Part shown: positions 12,791 to 25,884 of the stretch, piece after piece
How the letters are laid out: each line of letters begins with the position of its first letter
How positions within the stretch are numbered: the stretch's first letter is position 1
Origin: Mobula hypostoma
Lineage: Eukaryota
Reading direction: 5' to 3'
DNA length: 64,000 nt
Assembly (NCBI RefSeq): GCF_963921235.1
Contig: NC_086108.1
Coordinates: forward strand, 93,188,001 to 93,252,000
Program-made: the position numbers and the translations under genes
The notes under the pieces: model-generated
Seen by the model: only the letters and a program-made list of their open reading frames with translations
Told to the model about the DNA's origin: nothing
Database searches by the model: none

Positions 12791-13089
12791 GACACCATAT
12801 TCTGGTATGGCAAGAAAGGCACGCGCGCACGTGTGTGTGTGTATGTGTGTAATGAGTGCATTTACCAACTGCTCTCCATCACAGGAGATTACTAGCTTGA
12901 GTGAAACTTCTACAGAGGTATTTACAGAGACAACTAAGATGCACTGAATCTGTTTGGTTCATTAACATCCCTCTGCCCACCAAAGAGGTGCCATTATGAA
13001 CTCTATGCCATTATATAAACTTCTGAGGACCAGCTCCACAAAGTTTTCGATAGTCATTAATGGTCAAGAGAAATTCCATCCCAGATTCC

Positions 13090-15203
13090 TTAGAAACATA
13101 GAAACATAGAAAACCTACAGCACAATACAGCCCCTTCCGCTCATAATGTTGTGCTGAACATGTACTTATTTTAGAAATTACCTAGGGTTACCCATAGCTC
13201 TCTATTTTTCTAAGCTCCATGTACCTATCCAGGAGTCTCTTAAAAGACCCTATCGTATCCGCCTCCAACACCATCACTGGCAGCCCATTCCACACACTCA
13301 CCACTCTCTGTGTAAAAAACATACCCCTGACATCTCCTCTGTACCTACTTCCAAGCACCTTAAAACTATGCCCTCTCGTACTAGCCATTTCAACCCTGGG
13401 AAAAAGCCTCTGACTATCCACACAATCAATGCCTCTCATCATCTTATACACCTCTATCAGGTCACCTTTCACCCTCCGTTTCTCCAAGGAGAAAAGGCCA
13501 AGTTCTCATAGGGCATACTCCCCAATTCAGGCAACATACTTGTAAATCTCCTCTGCACCTTTTCTATAGTTTCCACATCCTTCCTGTAGTGAGGTAACCA
13601 GAAAAGCACGATACTCTAAGTGGGGTCTGACAAGGGTCCATTAAAGCTGTAACATTATCTCTCGGCTCTTAAACTCAATCCCATGGTTGATGAAGGCCGA
13701 TGCACTGTATGCCTTCTTATCCACAGAGTCAACCTATGCAGCAGCTTTGAGTGTCCTATGGACTCAGACCCCAAGATCCCTCTGATCCTCCACACTGCCA
13801 AGAGTCTTACCATTAATACTATATTCTGCCATCATATTTGACCTACCAAAATGAACCACCCCACACTTGTCTGGGTTGAAATCCATCTGCCACTTCTCAG
13901 CCCAGATTTGCATCCTATTGATGTCCCGCTGTAACCTCTGACAGCCCCCGACACTATCCACAACATCCCCAACCTTTGTGTCATCAGCAAATTTACTAAC
14001 TCATCCCTCCACTTCCTCATGCAGATCATTTATAAAAATCATGAAGAGAAGGAAACCCAGAACAGGTCCCTGAGGCACACCATTGGTCACCGACCTTCAT
14101 GCAGAATATGACTCATCTACAACTACTCTTTGCCTTCTGTGGGCAAGCCTATTCTGGATCCACAAAGCAAGGTCCCCTTGGATCCCATGCCTCCTTACTT
14201 TCTCAGTAAGCCTTGCATGGGGTATCTTATCAAATGCCTTGCTGAAATCCAAATACACTACACCTGCTGCTTTACCTTCATCAATGTGTTTAGTCACATC
14301 CTCAAAAAATTCAGTCAGGCTCGTAAGGCATGACCTGCTTTTGACGAAGCCATGCTGACTATTCCTAATCATATTATGCCTCTCGAAATGTTCATAAACC
14401 TGCTTCTCAGGATCTTCTGCATCAACTTAGCAACCACTGAAGTAAGACTCACTGGTCTATAATCTCCTGGGCTATTTCTGCTTCCTTTCTTGAATAAGGA
14501 AATAACATCTGCAATCCCCCAATCCCCCAGAACCTCTCCCATCCCTATTGATGATGCAAAGATCATTGCTAGAGGATCAGCAATCTCCTCCCTTGCCTTC
14601 CACAGTAGCCTGGAGCCCAGTGATTTATCTAACTTATTGCTTTCCAAAAGCTCCAGCACATCCTCTTTCTTAATGTCTATATGCTCAAGCTTTTCAGTCA
14701 TCTGTAAGTCATCCCTACAATTGCCAAGGTCCTTTTCCATAGTGAATACTATAACAAAGTATTCATTAAGTACCTCTGCTATTTCCTCTGGTTCCATACA
14801 TTCTTTTCCACTGTCACACTTGATTAGTCCTTTTCTCTCGAATCTTATCCTCTTGCTCTTCACATACTTGTAGAATGCCTTGGAGGTTTTCCTTAATCCT
14901 GCTCACCAAGGACTTCTCATGGCCCCTTCTGACTCACCTAATTTCATTCTTAAACTCCTTCCTGCTAGCCTTATAATTTTCTAGATCTCTATCATTACCT
15001 TTCGTAAGCTTTTCTTTTCTTCTTGACTAGATTTTGAACAGCCTTTGTAAACCATGGTTCCTGTACCTTACCATCTTTTCCCTGTCTCTCTGGAACGTAC
15101 CTACAGTATGCAGAACTCCACACAAATATTCCCTGAACATTTGCCACATTTCTGCCGTACATTTCCCTGAGAACATCTGTTCCCAATTTATACTTCCAAG
15201 TTC
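13090..15203 (-). mobile_element. CR1 LINE, 5'-truncated
   Basis: YRPVSLTSVV, QHGFVKSRSCLT, YLDFSKAFDKIPH, WAEKWQMDFNPDKC; simple-repeat tail; same subfamily as 53893-54787. Confidence 0.92.
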
Positions 15204-15808
15204 AAAATCACAAAATATTCTGCAGATGCTGGAGTCAAAGCAACACTCACAACACACTGGAGGAACTCAGCAGGTTGGGCAGCATCCATGGAAATGATCA
15301 GTCAACGTTTCGGGCCGGAACCCTTCATCTGTCCTGATGGGAGGAGCAACACCTTATATTCCATCTGAGTAGCCTCCAACCTGATGGCACGAACATTGAT
15401 TTCATGAACGTCCGGTAATACCACCCCCACCCCCCCGCACCTTTAACTATTCCTCATTCCTGGTTCCCTCTCTTACCTTATCTCCTTCCCTGCCCATCAA
15501 TCACCTCCCATTGGTGCTCCTTCCCCTTTTCTTTCTTCCATGGTATTCTGTCCTTTCCTATCAGATTCGCCCTTCTCCAGTCCTGTATCTCTTTCACCAA
15601 ACAACCTCCCAGCTCTTTACTTCAGACCCTCCACCTTTTTACTTATCACCTCGTGTTTTATCCTACCCTCCCCCCACTTTCTAACTCTGACTCCTCATCT
15701 CGTTTCTCCAGTCCTGATGAAGGGTCTCAGCCCAAAACATCAACTATTCTCTTTTGCTGCCTGGCCTGCTAAGTTCCTCCAGCATTTTGTGTGTGTTGCT
15801 TTGATTCC
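15204..15808. mobile_element. Two Penelope-like 3' fragments in opposite orientation (15204-15330 minus; 15339-15808 plus)
   Basis: Minus-strand terminus plus hammerhead region, followed by EEQHLIFHLSSLQPDG GIY-YIG C-terminus and 3' repeat on plus. Confidence 0.8.
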
Positions 15809-16329
15809 ACTATAGTTTGTCTGTCCATCCAAGTAAATTGGCAATGTAGAAGGAATCTGGAGAACTCAGAGCAATCCATGTGGTCAGAGGGAGAGCGTGC
15901 AAACTTCATTCAGACAGCATTCAAGATCCTGAAGACATACAACAGCTGCTTGACCTGCTGCACCATTGTGCAATACAGAATGAGCTAATGACCTTTCAGT
16001 CAATTATACAAGACAAGCTTGTGACAAGCCCTGAGTGTCTCTGTGCAATCAGAGGTGTCAATATTTCACTGTCTATACAGCAATCACGACACTCCCCAAA
16101 GAGTTTACTGTGTTATCCCTAACAAGAAATTTCAACGAATGGAAAATCCTATCAAGAATCGAGGATCAACTTTACCTACCATATACTTCTACATGTATTA
16201 GGAATTTGGTGTGTGTGTTTGTGTATGTAACATGCAACAACCAAAGAACATTCAACAATTATAATGAATTATATCAAAATAAAGTTAGAAGTTAAAGTGC
16301 AGATATGGAATAAAATGGGCATTAATACA

Positions 16330-16899
16330 TATAGGTGTCTCCTGTACCTGATAAAGTGGCCACTGAGTGTATGTTTGTGGACTTCTGCTCTTGTAGCCCA
16401 TCCACTTCAAGGTTTGATGTGTTGTGCATTTAGAGATGCTCTTCTGCACACCATTGTTGTAATGCGTGGTTATTTGAGTTACTGTCGCCTTCCCGTCAGT
16501 TTGAACCAGTCTGGCTATTCTCCTCTGACCTGTCTCACAAGGCATTTTCACCCACAGAACTGCCAGGCATTGAATGATTTTTTTTTGTGTGTGTGTTTTT
16601 CGCAATATCCTCTGTGAGCTCTAGAGACTGTTGTGTTGTTGTGTGTGAAAACCCCAGGAGATCAACAGTTTCTGAGATACTCAACCCACCCCATCTGGCA
16701 TCAACAATCATTCCACAGTCAAGGGCACTTCGATCACATTTCTTCCCCATTCTGATGTCTGGTCTGAACAACAACTGAACCTCTTGACCATGTCTGCATG
16801 CTTTTATGCATCAAGTTGCTGCCACATGATTGGCTGATTAGATTTTTGTATTAACAAGCTGGTGTACAGGTGTAACTAATAAAGTGGCCACTGAGTGTA
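16330..16899 (-). mobile_element. Non-autonomous Tc1-like element
   Basis: TIR ..TAATAAAGTGGCCACTGAGTG followed by TA; decayed transposase N-terminus MGKKCDRSALDCGMIVDARWGGLSISETVDLLGFSHTT; same family as 57105-57625. Confidence 0.85.
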
Positions 16900-17647
16900 A
16901 ATACCAGTATGCATTTACAATGTAAACAGCATTATAGAAGTGTTTTGTATAGAGTTTATATTCTATCAAGATTTAAGATTGTTTAATATTGTGCTTCAGT
17001 TCTCAAGTGTAAAGGAGAATGAAATTGTTACTCCAGATCCGATGCAGCATAAAAGAACACAATAAATATATTTACATAAGATTAGCTTATATACATAGAC
17101 AGACTGTGAGCGACACTAGGTAGAGGAGTATCTGTATGTACTGACAGTACATGATAATGAAGTGGTGATGGGTGTAATGGGCTGGGTTAATGGGTGGAGA
17201 TGTTAATCAGTCTGATGGCGTGGGAAAAGTAACTGTCTTGTTACCTTCTTTATGGTTATATTTATAGGTTATATCATTTTCAATAACATTAACCAAGAGA
17301 ACAAAGCTGATCTTTTAAAAATGTTTTACTTAGATGCATTTTAAAGACATAACTTCTGTAGATCTCTTTCCACCTGCTTCCATTCTCTGGCCGATCTCTT
17401 TTGACCTTCAGCTATTATTAATATACATACTGGGAGCATCAAGGGGAAACTTGACCTCCAGTTGCCCTCCTTTTCTCAGGAGAAACGTTCACAGCCTGAA
17501 GGCAGGAAGTCGCCACACATGGACAGCTGGACTCTAAGCTTCAAAGCTGGCTCTGTCAGTTTATTCAGTGTTACTGGAAAGCTTACATGAAGGGGTTCTG
17601 CTTCCATGATTTTCCTCTGAGGAAGTGAAGAAAAGCCTTCATTCCCC

Positions 17648-18540
17648 ACTCACAACACGCTGGAGGAACTCAGCAGGTCAGGCAGCATCCGTGGAAAAGA
17701 TTGGTCGATGTTTCGGGCCGGAACCCTTCGTCAGGACTGTAGAGGGAAGGGGCAGAGGCCCTATAAAGAAGGTGGGGGGAGGGTGGGAAGGAGAAGGCTG
17801 GTAGGTTCCAGGTGAAAAACCAGTAAGGGGAAAGATAAAGGGGTGGGGGAGGGGAGACAGGGAGGGGATAGGCAGGAAAGGTGAAGAAGGAATAGGGGAA
17901 AACACAATGGGTAGTAGAAGCAGGTGGATCCATGAGGGAGGTGGTAGGCAGCTGGGGGATGGGGCAGAGTGACATAGAGGAAGGGAGGGGGAGGGAATTA
18001 CCGGAAGTTGGAGAATTCTATGTTCATACCAAGGGGCTGGAGACTACCTAGACGGTATATGAGGTGTTGCTCCTCCAACCTGAGTTTAGCCTCATCATGG
18101 CAGTAGAGGAGGCCATGTATGGACATATCTGAATGGGAGTGGGAAGCAGAGTTGAAGTGGGTGGCTACTGGGAGATCCTGTCTGTTTTGGCGGACGGAGC
18201 GGAGGTGCTCGACGAAGCGGGCCCCCAATCTGCGTCGGGTTTCACCGATGTAGAGGAGGCCGCACCGGGAGCACCGGATGCAATAGATGACCCCAGCAGA
18301 CTCACAAGTGAAGTGTTGCCTCACTTGGAAGGACTGTTTGGGGCCCTGAATGGTGGCAAGAGAGGAGGTGTAGGGACAAGTGTAGCACTTGCGCTTAGAG
18401 GGATAAGTGCCAGGTGGGAGATCCATGGGGAGGGACGTGTGGACCAGGGAGTTGCGGAGGGACTGATCCCTGTGGAAACGGAGAGGGTTGGAGAGGGAAA
18501 GATATGCTTAGTGGTGGGGTCCTGTTGAAGATGGCGGAAG
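17648..18540 (-). mobile_element. Penelope-like element, 5'-truncated (GIY-YIG domain plus 3' repeat)
   Basis: ORF 17998-18426 with VIYCIRCSRCGLLYIGET..GMNIEFSNFR; closely related to 51940-52785. Confidence 0.92.
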
Positions 18541-18888
18541 CTGTCCAGGTTGTATGCCATCTTGGTCAATGTCTCCCATCCACTACATAATGTACTGGTT
18601 GGGCACAGGAGTACATTCAGCCAGAGACTCATTCTACCGAGATGCAACACAGAGCGTCAGAGGAAGTCATTCCTGCCTGTGGACGTTAAACTTTACGACT
18701 CCTCCCTTGGAGGTCAGACACCCTGAGCCAATAGGCTGGTCCTGGACTTATTTCATAATTTACTGGCATAATTTACATATTACTATTTAACTATTTATGG
18801 TTCTATTACTATTTATTATTTATGGAGCAACTGTAATGAAAACCAATTTCCCCCGGGATTAATAAAGTATGACAATGACTATGACTAT
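18541..18888 (+). mobile_element. Rex1/Babar-like LINE 3' end
   Basis: ILVNVSHPLHNVL..FSQRLI..C.TER.RKSFLP; AATAAA plus (ATGACT)n tail; shares its 3' end with 901-1165. Confidence 0.75.
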
Positions 18889-19089
18889 CTGTGTGTACAA
18901 ACATTACTCACTAAGTTGCAATTAAATCTTACTCCTCTTGGTTTAAGTGTATGGCCTCTGGGTATTGATTACCCAATCCTGAGTTCATTCACACTATGTC
19001 CCTTATGACTTTATACACTCCCCTCATGATCTTATACATACAAATCATTTCTTTACATGTCTTAGGTGAAATTATTTTTTTAAATTCTA

Positions 19090-19305
19090 TTTCGTTATTG
19101 AAGTACAGTGCGGAATAGGCCCTTCCAATCCTTCGAGCCGTGGTGCCCAACAACCTCCCGATTTAATCCTAGCCTCATCACAGGACAATTTACAATGATT
19201 GATTTACCGACCAACCGGTACGACTTTGGACTGTGGGAGGAAATCCACACAGTCGTGGGAGAACATACAAACTCCTTACAGGCATTGGCAGGAATTGAAC
19301 CCTGC
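19090..19305 (-). mobile_element. V-SINE-like element
   Basis: Homologous to 39100-39390 and 5028-5305. Confidence 0.7.
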
Positions 19306-19589
19306 TAACCACTCCTCCTGCTCTTCATTCACTCATAACTCCATACCCCTTCCAGGATACACCATTACAGCTGACATAGAAAGATACTTCTACTTATCAA
19401 ATAAAATGAAAATTCAAACGACGGAGACACTGGACTCAGAGTAAAAGATCAAACCTATTGACTGAACTGCTGCCATTATGAAATCTCCTACCCAGAGAGT
19501 CCACCAGTATCCAGATGTAGGACCACCATCTGAGCTAACCAGACCAAGGGCTGGATATGTTTTTTAAAACTATGAGAAGAAAGGTATGT

Positions 19590-20078
19590 AAGACCATAAG
19601 GTCGTAAGATACAGGAGCAGGATTAAGCCATCTGGCCCATTGAGACTGCTCCACCATTTTGTCATTTTCCTCTCAGCCCCAATCTCCTGCCTTCTTCTCA
19701 TATCCCTTCATGCCTGGACCAATCAAGAATCTATCAACTTCTATCTTAAATGTACATAAAGACTTGACTTCCCACACCAGCCTGTGGCAAACTATGCCAC
19801 AGGTTCACCCGTGTCTCTGGCTGGAGAAATTCCTCCTCATCTCTGTTTTAAATAGATGTCCCTCTATGCAGAGGCTTTACCCTCTGGTCTTAGACTCTGC
19901 AACCATAGGAAACATCCTCTCCACGTCCACTCTTTCAAGACCTTTCACCATTCAATGGGTTTCAATAAGGTCACACTCATTCTTCTGAATTCCATGGAAT
20001 ACTGGTCCAGAGCCATCAAACGCTTTTCAAATCACGCCATTCAATCCTGGAATCATTTTTGTCAACCTCCTTTGAACC
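19590..20078 (-). mobile_element. CR1 LINE 3' fragment
   Basis: (ACCATAAG)-type tail and C-terminal homology to 9190-9740. Confidence 0.85.
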
Positions 20079-20274
20079 CAGCTGGAAAAGACTTGACAGG
20101 GCAAGTAACTTCTGCTTGGATAGAAGATGACTCAGCACTACATCAGAGTAAAGGATTTCATCTGTCCTGTGCCAAATTTCCAGCATCTTTTGATTTTATT
20201 ATAGGCTTCTAGTCTTTAGGTTTTTCTTTGCAGTTGAACTTCTCACCACCACATGGTTGATCCCCAGAAAGGAA

Positions 20275-22545
20275 TCAAGACCATAAGACCATAAGACACA
20301 GAAGCAGAATTAGGCCATTCAGACCTTCATCTGCTCCGCCATTCCATCATGGCTGATCTGGGATCCCACTCAACCTCCTACACCTGCATTCTCGCCAAAC
20401 CCCTTGATGCCCTGACCAATCATGAAATTATCAAATTCCACCTTAAATATATGCATGGACTTGGCCTGTACCACAGTCTATGGCAGAGCATTCCTTATCT
20501 CTGTTCTAAAGCTCGCCCCTCAATTTTTGGATACCCTCACCACAGGAAACATCCTCTCCACATCCACCCTATCTAGTCCTTTCAACATTTGGTAGGTTTC
20601 AATGCAATCCCCCTGCATTCTTCTAAATTCCAGAGAGTACAAGCCCAAAGCTGCTAAATGCTCCTCATATGTTAACCCCTTCATTCCTAGAATCATCCTT
20701 GTAAACCTCTTATGGACTCTCTCCAAAGACAACACATCCTTTATGAGATATGGAGCCCAACTGTTGACAATACTCCAAATGCAGCCTGACTATTGTCTTA
20801 TAAAGGCTCAGAATTATCTTCTTACTTTTATATTCTATTCCCCTTGAAATAAATGGCATCATAGCGTTTGCCTTCTTTACCACAGACTCAACCCGTAAAT
20901 TAACCTTCTGGGAGTCTTGCACGAGGACTCCCAATCCCTCTGCACCTCTGATGTTTGAACCTTCTCCGCATTTAGATAATAGTCCATGCTATCGTTCCTT
21001 TTACCAAAATGCATTATCATACTTTACGCAACACTTTATTCCATCTGCAACTATTTTGACCAGTTTTCCAATTTGTCTAAGTCCTGCTACAATCGCTTTG
21101 CTTCCTCAGCACTACCAACCCCTCAACCTATCTTCGTATCATGCACAAACTTTGCCACAAAGCCATCAATTCCATTATCCAAATCACTGACAAACAATGT
21201 GAAAAGTAGCGGTCCGAATACTGGCCCCTGAGGAACACCACTAGTCACTGGCAGCCAGCCAGAAAAGGTCCCCTTTATTCCCACTCGCTGCCTTCTGCCT
21301 GTCAGCCAGTCCTCTGTCAATGCCAGGCTGCCTTCTGCCTGTCAGCCAGTCCTCTGTCAATGCCAGTCTCCTTCCTGTAACGCCATAGGACTTTATCTAG
21401 TTAAGCAACCTCACTCGTGGCACCTTATCAAATGCCTTCTGAAAATCCAAGTCAATGACATCCACTGTCCTTGTCTTGCATGCAGTCCTTAACTTCTCTT
21501 GTCAGCCATGGTTGTCTACCCCTGCAATTTAAGAATTTCTTTCTCTGTGGGACATACCTATCCTGCACCTTGTGAACTATTCCCAGAAACTTTAGCCATC
21601 TCTGCTCTGCCATCATCCCCGCCAGTATCCTCCTCCAATCTACCTGGGTGAGCTCCTCATTCATGCCTCTGTAATTCCCTTTATTCCATTGTGATACAGA
21701 TAAATACAAGTTATGCTTCTCCCTCTCAAATTCCAGAATGAATTCCATCATATTATGATCACTACCTCCTAAGGGTTCCTTTACATTAGGCTCCTTAATA
21801 AGATCTGGGTTATTGCACAACACCCAATCTAAGATAGCCTTTCCCCAAGTAGGCTCAAGCACAAGCTGCTCTAAAAAGCCATCTCGTAGGCATTCAACAA
21901 ATTCCCTCTCTTGCAATCCAGCACCAATCTGATTTTCCCAATCCCCTTGCATATTGAAGTCCCCCATGACAATAGTGTTATTACCCTTATTACATGCTTT
22001 TTCCAGCTTCCTTTGCAATCTTAACTCTACATCTTGGCTACTATTTGGAGGCCTATGTATGATTCCCATAATGTTTTATCCTTGCAATTTCTTAACTTCA
22101 TCCTCAAAGATTCAACCTTCCCTGTCCCTCTGTCACCTCTTTCTAACGATGTTATTCCATCTCTTCCCAACAGAGCCACACTACCACCTATGCCTTCCTG
22201 CTCGTCCTTTCCATGCAAACTATATTCTTTGATGCTAAGCTCTCAACTATGGTCTCTTTCAGCTACGACTCAGTGATGCCCACAACATCATACTGACCAA
22301 TCTCTAAGAATGCCACAAGTACATCCACCGTATTCTGAATGCTATGCACATTTAAATACAGCACCTTCAGTCCTGCATTCTTCGCTCTTTTCAGTTTTGC
22401 ATCTCTGGTACAATTTGTCTCTTTGCTCTGTCTGCATTTGTACCCAATCATTTGCTTGTTCTTCCATACATACTTGTAAACCTGCTATCTCATCATCAGC
22501 TCTAGCATACTGGTTCCCAACCCCCTGCCACATTAGTTTAAACCA
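20275..22545 (-). mobile_element. CR1 LINE with large internal deletion
   Basis: APE LYLNVHSI..GITES and GDFN..ILDWVL..LGGSDHN; RT SGVPQGPVFGPLLF, KFVHDTK; direct jump from WLTREVKDC to the DFQKAFDKVP region at about 21470. Confidence 0.9.
21287..21366. repeat. Perfect 2 x 40-bp tandem duplication inside CR1
   Basis: GCTGCCTTCTGCCTGTCAGCCAGTCCTCTGTCAATGCCAG at 21287-21326 and 21327-21366. Confidence 0.95.
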
Positions 22546-23189
22546 TAGGGAGAATAGAATCAAACATAGAAAAACTTTGTAATTTAAACATTTCACCATG
22601 TAACAATACATAATAATGAATGAAGTAATATTTCCAGTGTAAGGGGATGTTGCAACATCACAATCACATAATGCGTCGTTCATTTCCAAGTTGAGTTCAA
22701 TGACGGGGGAGAAGTACTATGTCAACTCTTGCAGAGAAATGGACCCATAATTTTTTTGCTTAGTTGAGAATTATAAAGGTTATCTTTTCACATTAATGGT
22801 AGGTCAACTATAGATGGCATATAGAATCTTTTTTTGCTCATAATAAAATTGTGCAGCAGTGTAGCATTTTGGAAGAATTCATGTAATTGTCCTATGTCAT
22901 TAAGAACCTTAGTTAAGTTTTTGGTATTTTCATACCCTACAAAAACTAGGCAGTTAAACTTCCAGGGAGTTCTTGAGAGATGACTAGTTACAGTTTATGT
23001 TGAGCGATGGTCAAGGTTATTCATTTCAACCGGAGGGATCTTCTTTACCATGGATGATCAATTTTCGTTAAAGTTTACTGTCATAACCATGAAAGTTAGC
23101 TTTTTGCAGCAGCAGTGCAGTATATTACAAATATGATAAAGATAAGATAACATAAACTTAACATAAATTATATACAATTTACAATAATA

Positions 23190-23692
23190 AGCAACACATA
23201 TTCCATCTGGATAATCTCCCACCTGTTGGCATGAAGACCAATTTTTTTAACTTCCAGTAATTTATCAAACCCCACTGCCTTCTCTCTTTTTCCATTCTCT
23301 ATTCTGGTTCCCCTCTCTGCTCTTCTCATCTGCCTATCTCATCATTTTGGTGCCCCTTCTCTTTCACTGTCTTCCACGATCCACTCTCTTCTATCAGATT
23401 CCTCCTTCTTCAGCCTTCACCTCTTTCACCTATCACCTCCCAGCTTGCTTCTTCATCCCCCTCTCCCACCCACCTACCTTCCCCTCATCTGATCTCACCT
23501 GTTACCTGCCTGCACTCCCCCTCCCCCCACCTTCCTATGCTGGCTTCTGCCCCTTTCTTTTCCTGTCCTGATGAAGAGTCTTAGTTGGAAATATCAACTG
23601 TTTATTCCCCTCTGTAGATGCCTCCTGACTTGCTGAGTTTCTCCAATATATTTTGTACGTTGCTAAGATTTCCAGCATCTGCAGTATCTCTT
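23190..23692 (+). mobile_element. Old Penelope-like element 3' fragment
   Basis: Decayed GIY-YIG end, pyrimidine tract, GTCCTGATGAAGAG, TTCCAGCATCTGCAG terminus. Confidence 0.75.
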
Positions 23693-23825
23693 GTAAGTAA
23701 GCAAGACAAAAGTTCCACTGCATCTTGGTACATGTGACAATAAACCAACAATAAAATAAACACAGAGAAATCAGAGCCAAAAAACAATAGTGTGAGGGTT
23801 AGGTACTTTCTTTACTCTTGAGAGT

Positions 23826-23839
23826 TTTGCCATGGCAAC
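23826..23839. promoter_or_regulatory. Candidate RFX X-box in non-repeat DNA
   Basis: TTTGCCATGGCAAC, a 13/14 match to the palindromic RFX consensus GTTGCCATGGCAAC; GC-box CCCGCCC at about 23952. Confidence 0.4.
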
Positions 23840-24574
23840 CTCGGGAGAAGCAGACAGCAACAAGAAATCACCCAGGAAAGTACTTCCTCTAACTGCTGGT
23901 GTGGAGCCAGGTGAAGGAAAGCTAAAACCTCCCACAGAAGACCCCCCCCCCCCCGCCCACCCCTCCATCTCACAATAAGATGATCTGAGCAACTGATGCC
24001 AGCTGCAGGCTAGAGGCGCAGTGGTCTCAGATGGTGCTGTTCTCCATTTGCTTGGAAGAGCAAATCGGAATTTTACGCTGGGAGGTTCAAGGGTTAAGGA
24101 GAAATTCAGGCAGGCCTCAATCTGGAGGCAGTGGGCTAATTTCAGACCAAGACTTGCCAAAAACAGGAGCAGAACTCAAATGTGTCACAGGCAGCAGTTC
24201 AAAATAAATTAATTTTCATTTCTTTGTTTAACAAAATGGAAAATTTGATCACTGTGGGTGATGTTGCAGGCTAGTCTTTTAAATTATTTTCTAAAATAGT
24301 TACAAGCAAACAACTTTTAGCGTGGGTAAGTGGCTGTCTACTCAGTGGGTAAGACTTTCATTCTGAATCAGAGGTTCAAGTTGCATCCAAGGATCTGGGC
24401 ATAGTTGAAGCTTTTCAGCACATTCCTGAGAGGCCTCAACTGTGAAGCTTTGAGAGATTCAACCTAGAGTCTGCCAACACTCACCGGCAGCCAGAACCGG
24501 CCCCATGCTGCTATTCCTAAGTCTGAGAGAATTAGTCCTCGCACCTACTTCCAAAGAAGTAAACTGATTCAAAA

Positions 24575-25738
24575 ACATAGATATAGAAACATAGAAAATA
24601 GGTGCAGGAGTAGGCCATTCGGCCCTTCGAGCCTGCACCGCCATTCAGTATGATCATGGCTGATCATCCAACTCAGAACCCTGTATCTGCCTTCTCTCCA
24701 TGCCCCCTGATCCCTTTAGCCACAAGGGCCATATCTAACTCCCTCTTAAGTATAGCCAATGAACTGGCCTCAACTGTTTCCTGTGGCAGAGAATTCTGTG
24801 TGAAGAAGTTTTTCCTCATCTCGGTCCTAAAAGGCTTCCCCTTTATTCTTAAACTGTGACCCCTCGTTCTGGACTTCCCCAACATCGGGAACAATCTTCC
24901 TGCATCTAGCCTGTCCAATCCCTTTAGAATTTTATATGTTTCAATAAGATTCCCCCTCAATCTTCTAAATTCCAGCGAGTATATGCCTAGTCGATCCAGT
25001 CTTTCATCATATGAAAGTCCTGCCATTCCAGGAATCAATCTGGTGAACCTTCTTTGTACTCCCTCTATGGCAAGAATGTATTTCCTCAGATTAGGGGACC
25101 AAAACTGCACACAATACTCCAGGTGTGGTCTCACCAAGGCCTTGTACAACTGCAGTAGTACCTCCCTGCTCCTGTACTCGAATCCTCTTGCTATGAATGC
25201 CAGCATACCATTCGCCTTTTTCACCGCCTGCTGTACCTGCATGCCCACTTTCAATGACTGGTGTACAATGACACCCAGGTTTCGTTGCACCTCCTCTTTT
25301 CCTAGTCGACCACTATTCAGATAATAATCTGTTTTACTGTTCTTGCCACCAAAGTGGATAACCTCACATATATCCACATTAAATTGCATCTGCCATGAAT
25401 TTGCCCACTCACCTAACTTATCCAAGTCACCCTGCATCCTCTTAGCATTCTCCTCACAGCTAACACTGCCGCCCAGCTTCGTGTCATCCACAAACTTGGA
25501 GATGCTGCATTTAATTCCCTCATCTAAGTCATTATTATATATTGTAAACAACTGGGGTCCCAGCACTGAGCCTTGTGGTACCCCACTAGTCACTGCCTGC
25601 CATTCTGAAAAGGTCCCGTTTATTCCCACTCTTTGCTTCCTGTCTGCCAACCAATTCTCTATCCACATCAATACCATACCCCCAATACCATGTGCTTTAA
25701 GTTTGCACACTAATCTCCTGTGTGGGACCTTGTCAAAA
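24575..25738 (-). mobile_element. Young CR1 LINE, 5'-truncated, open RT frame
   Basis: ORF 24673-25839: FDKVPH, SGVPQGSVLGPQLF, KFVDDTK, LVRPHLEYCVQFWSP; its first ~34 codons are flanking DNA. Confidence 0.95.
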
Positions 25739-25884
25739 CCCCACACATCTAGAATAGTGCAGAAAAATACACAACATTGCATTGACCTATATAAACCTAC
25801 TCCATGACCAATCCAACCCTTTCCTCCTACACTGTCCATGGCTCTCCTTTTTTCTTATATCCACGTCTATCTAAGAGTCCCTTA

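Noticed and set aside
12284..12868. Esterase-like ORF as a host gene
   Set aside because: Sits directly upstream of CR1 APE/RT; it is CR1 ORF1.
15204..15808. Third two-armed PLE insertion
   Set aside because: No TSD found and the arms look like different subfamilies, so probably two events.
17431..17495. Selenoprotein reading of in-frame TGA codons
   Set aside because: No recognisable selenoprotein motif or SECIS; stops occur in all frames.
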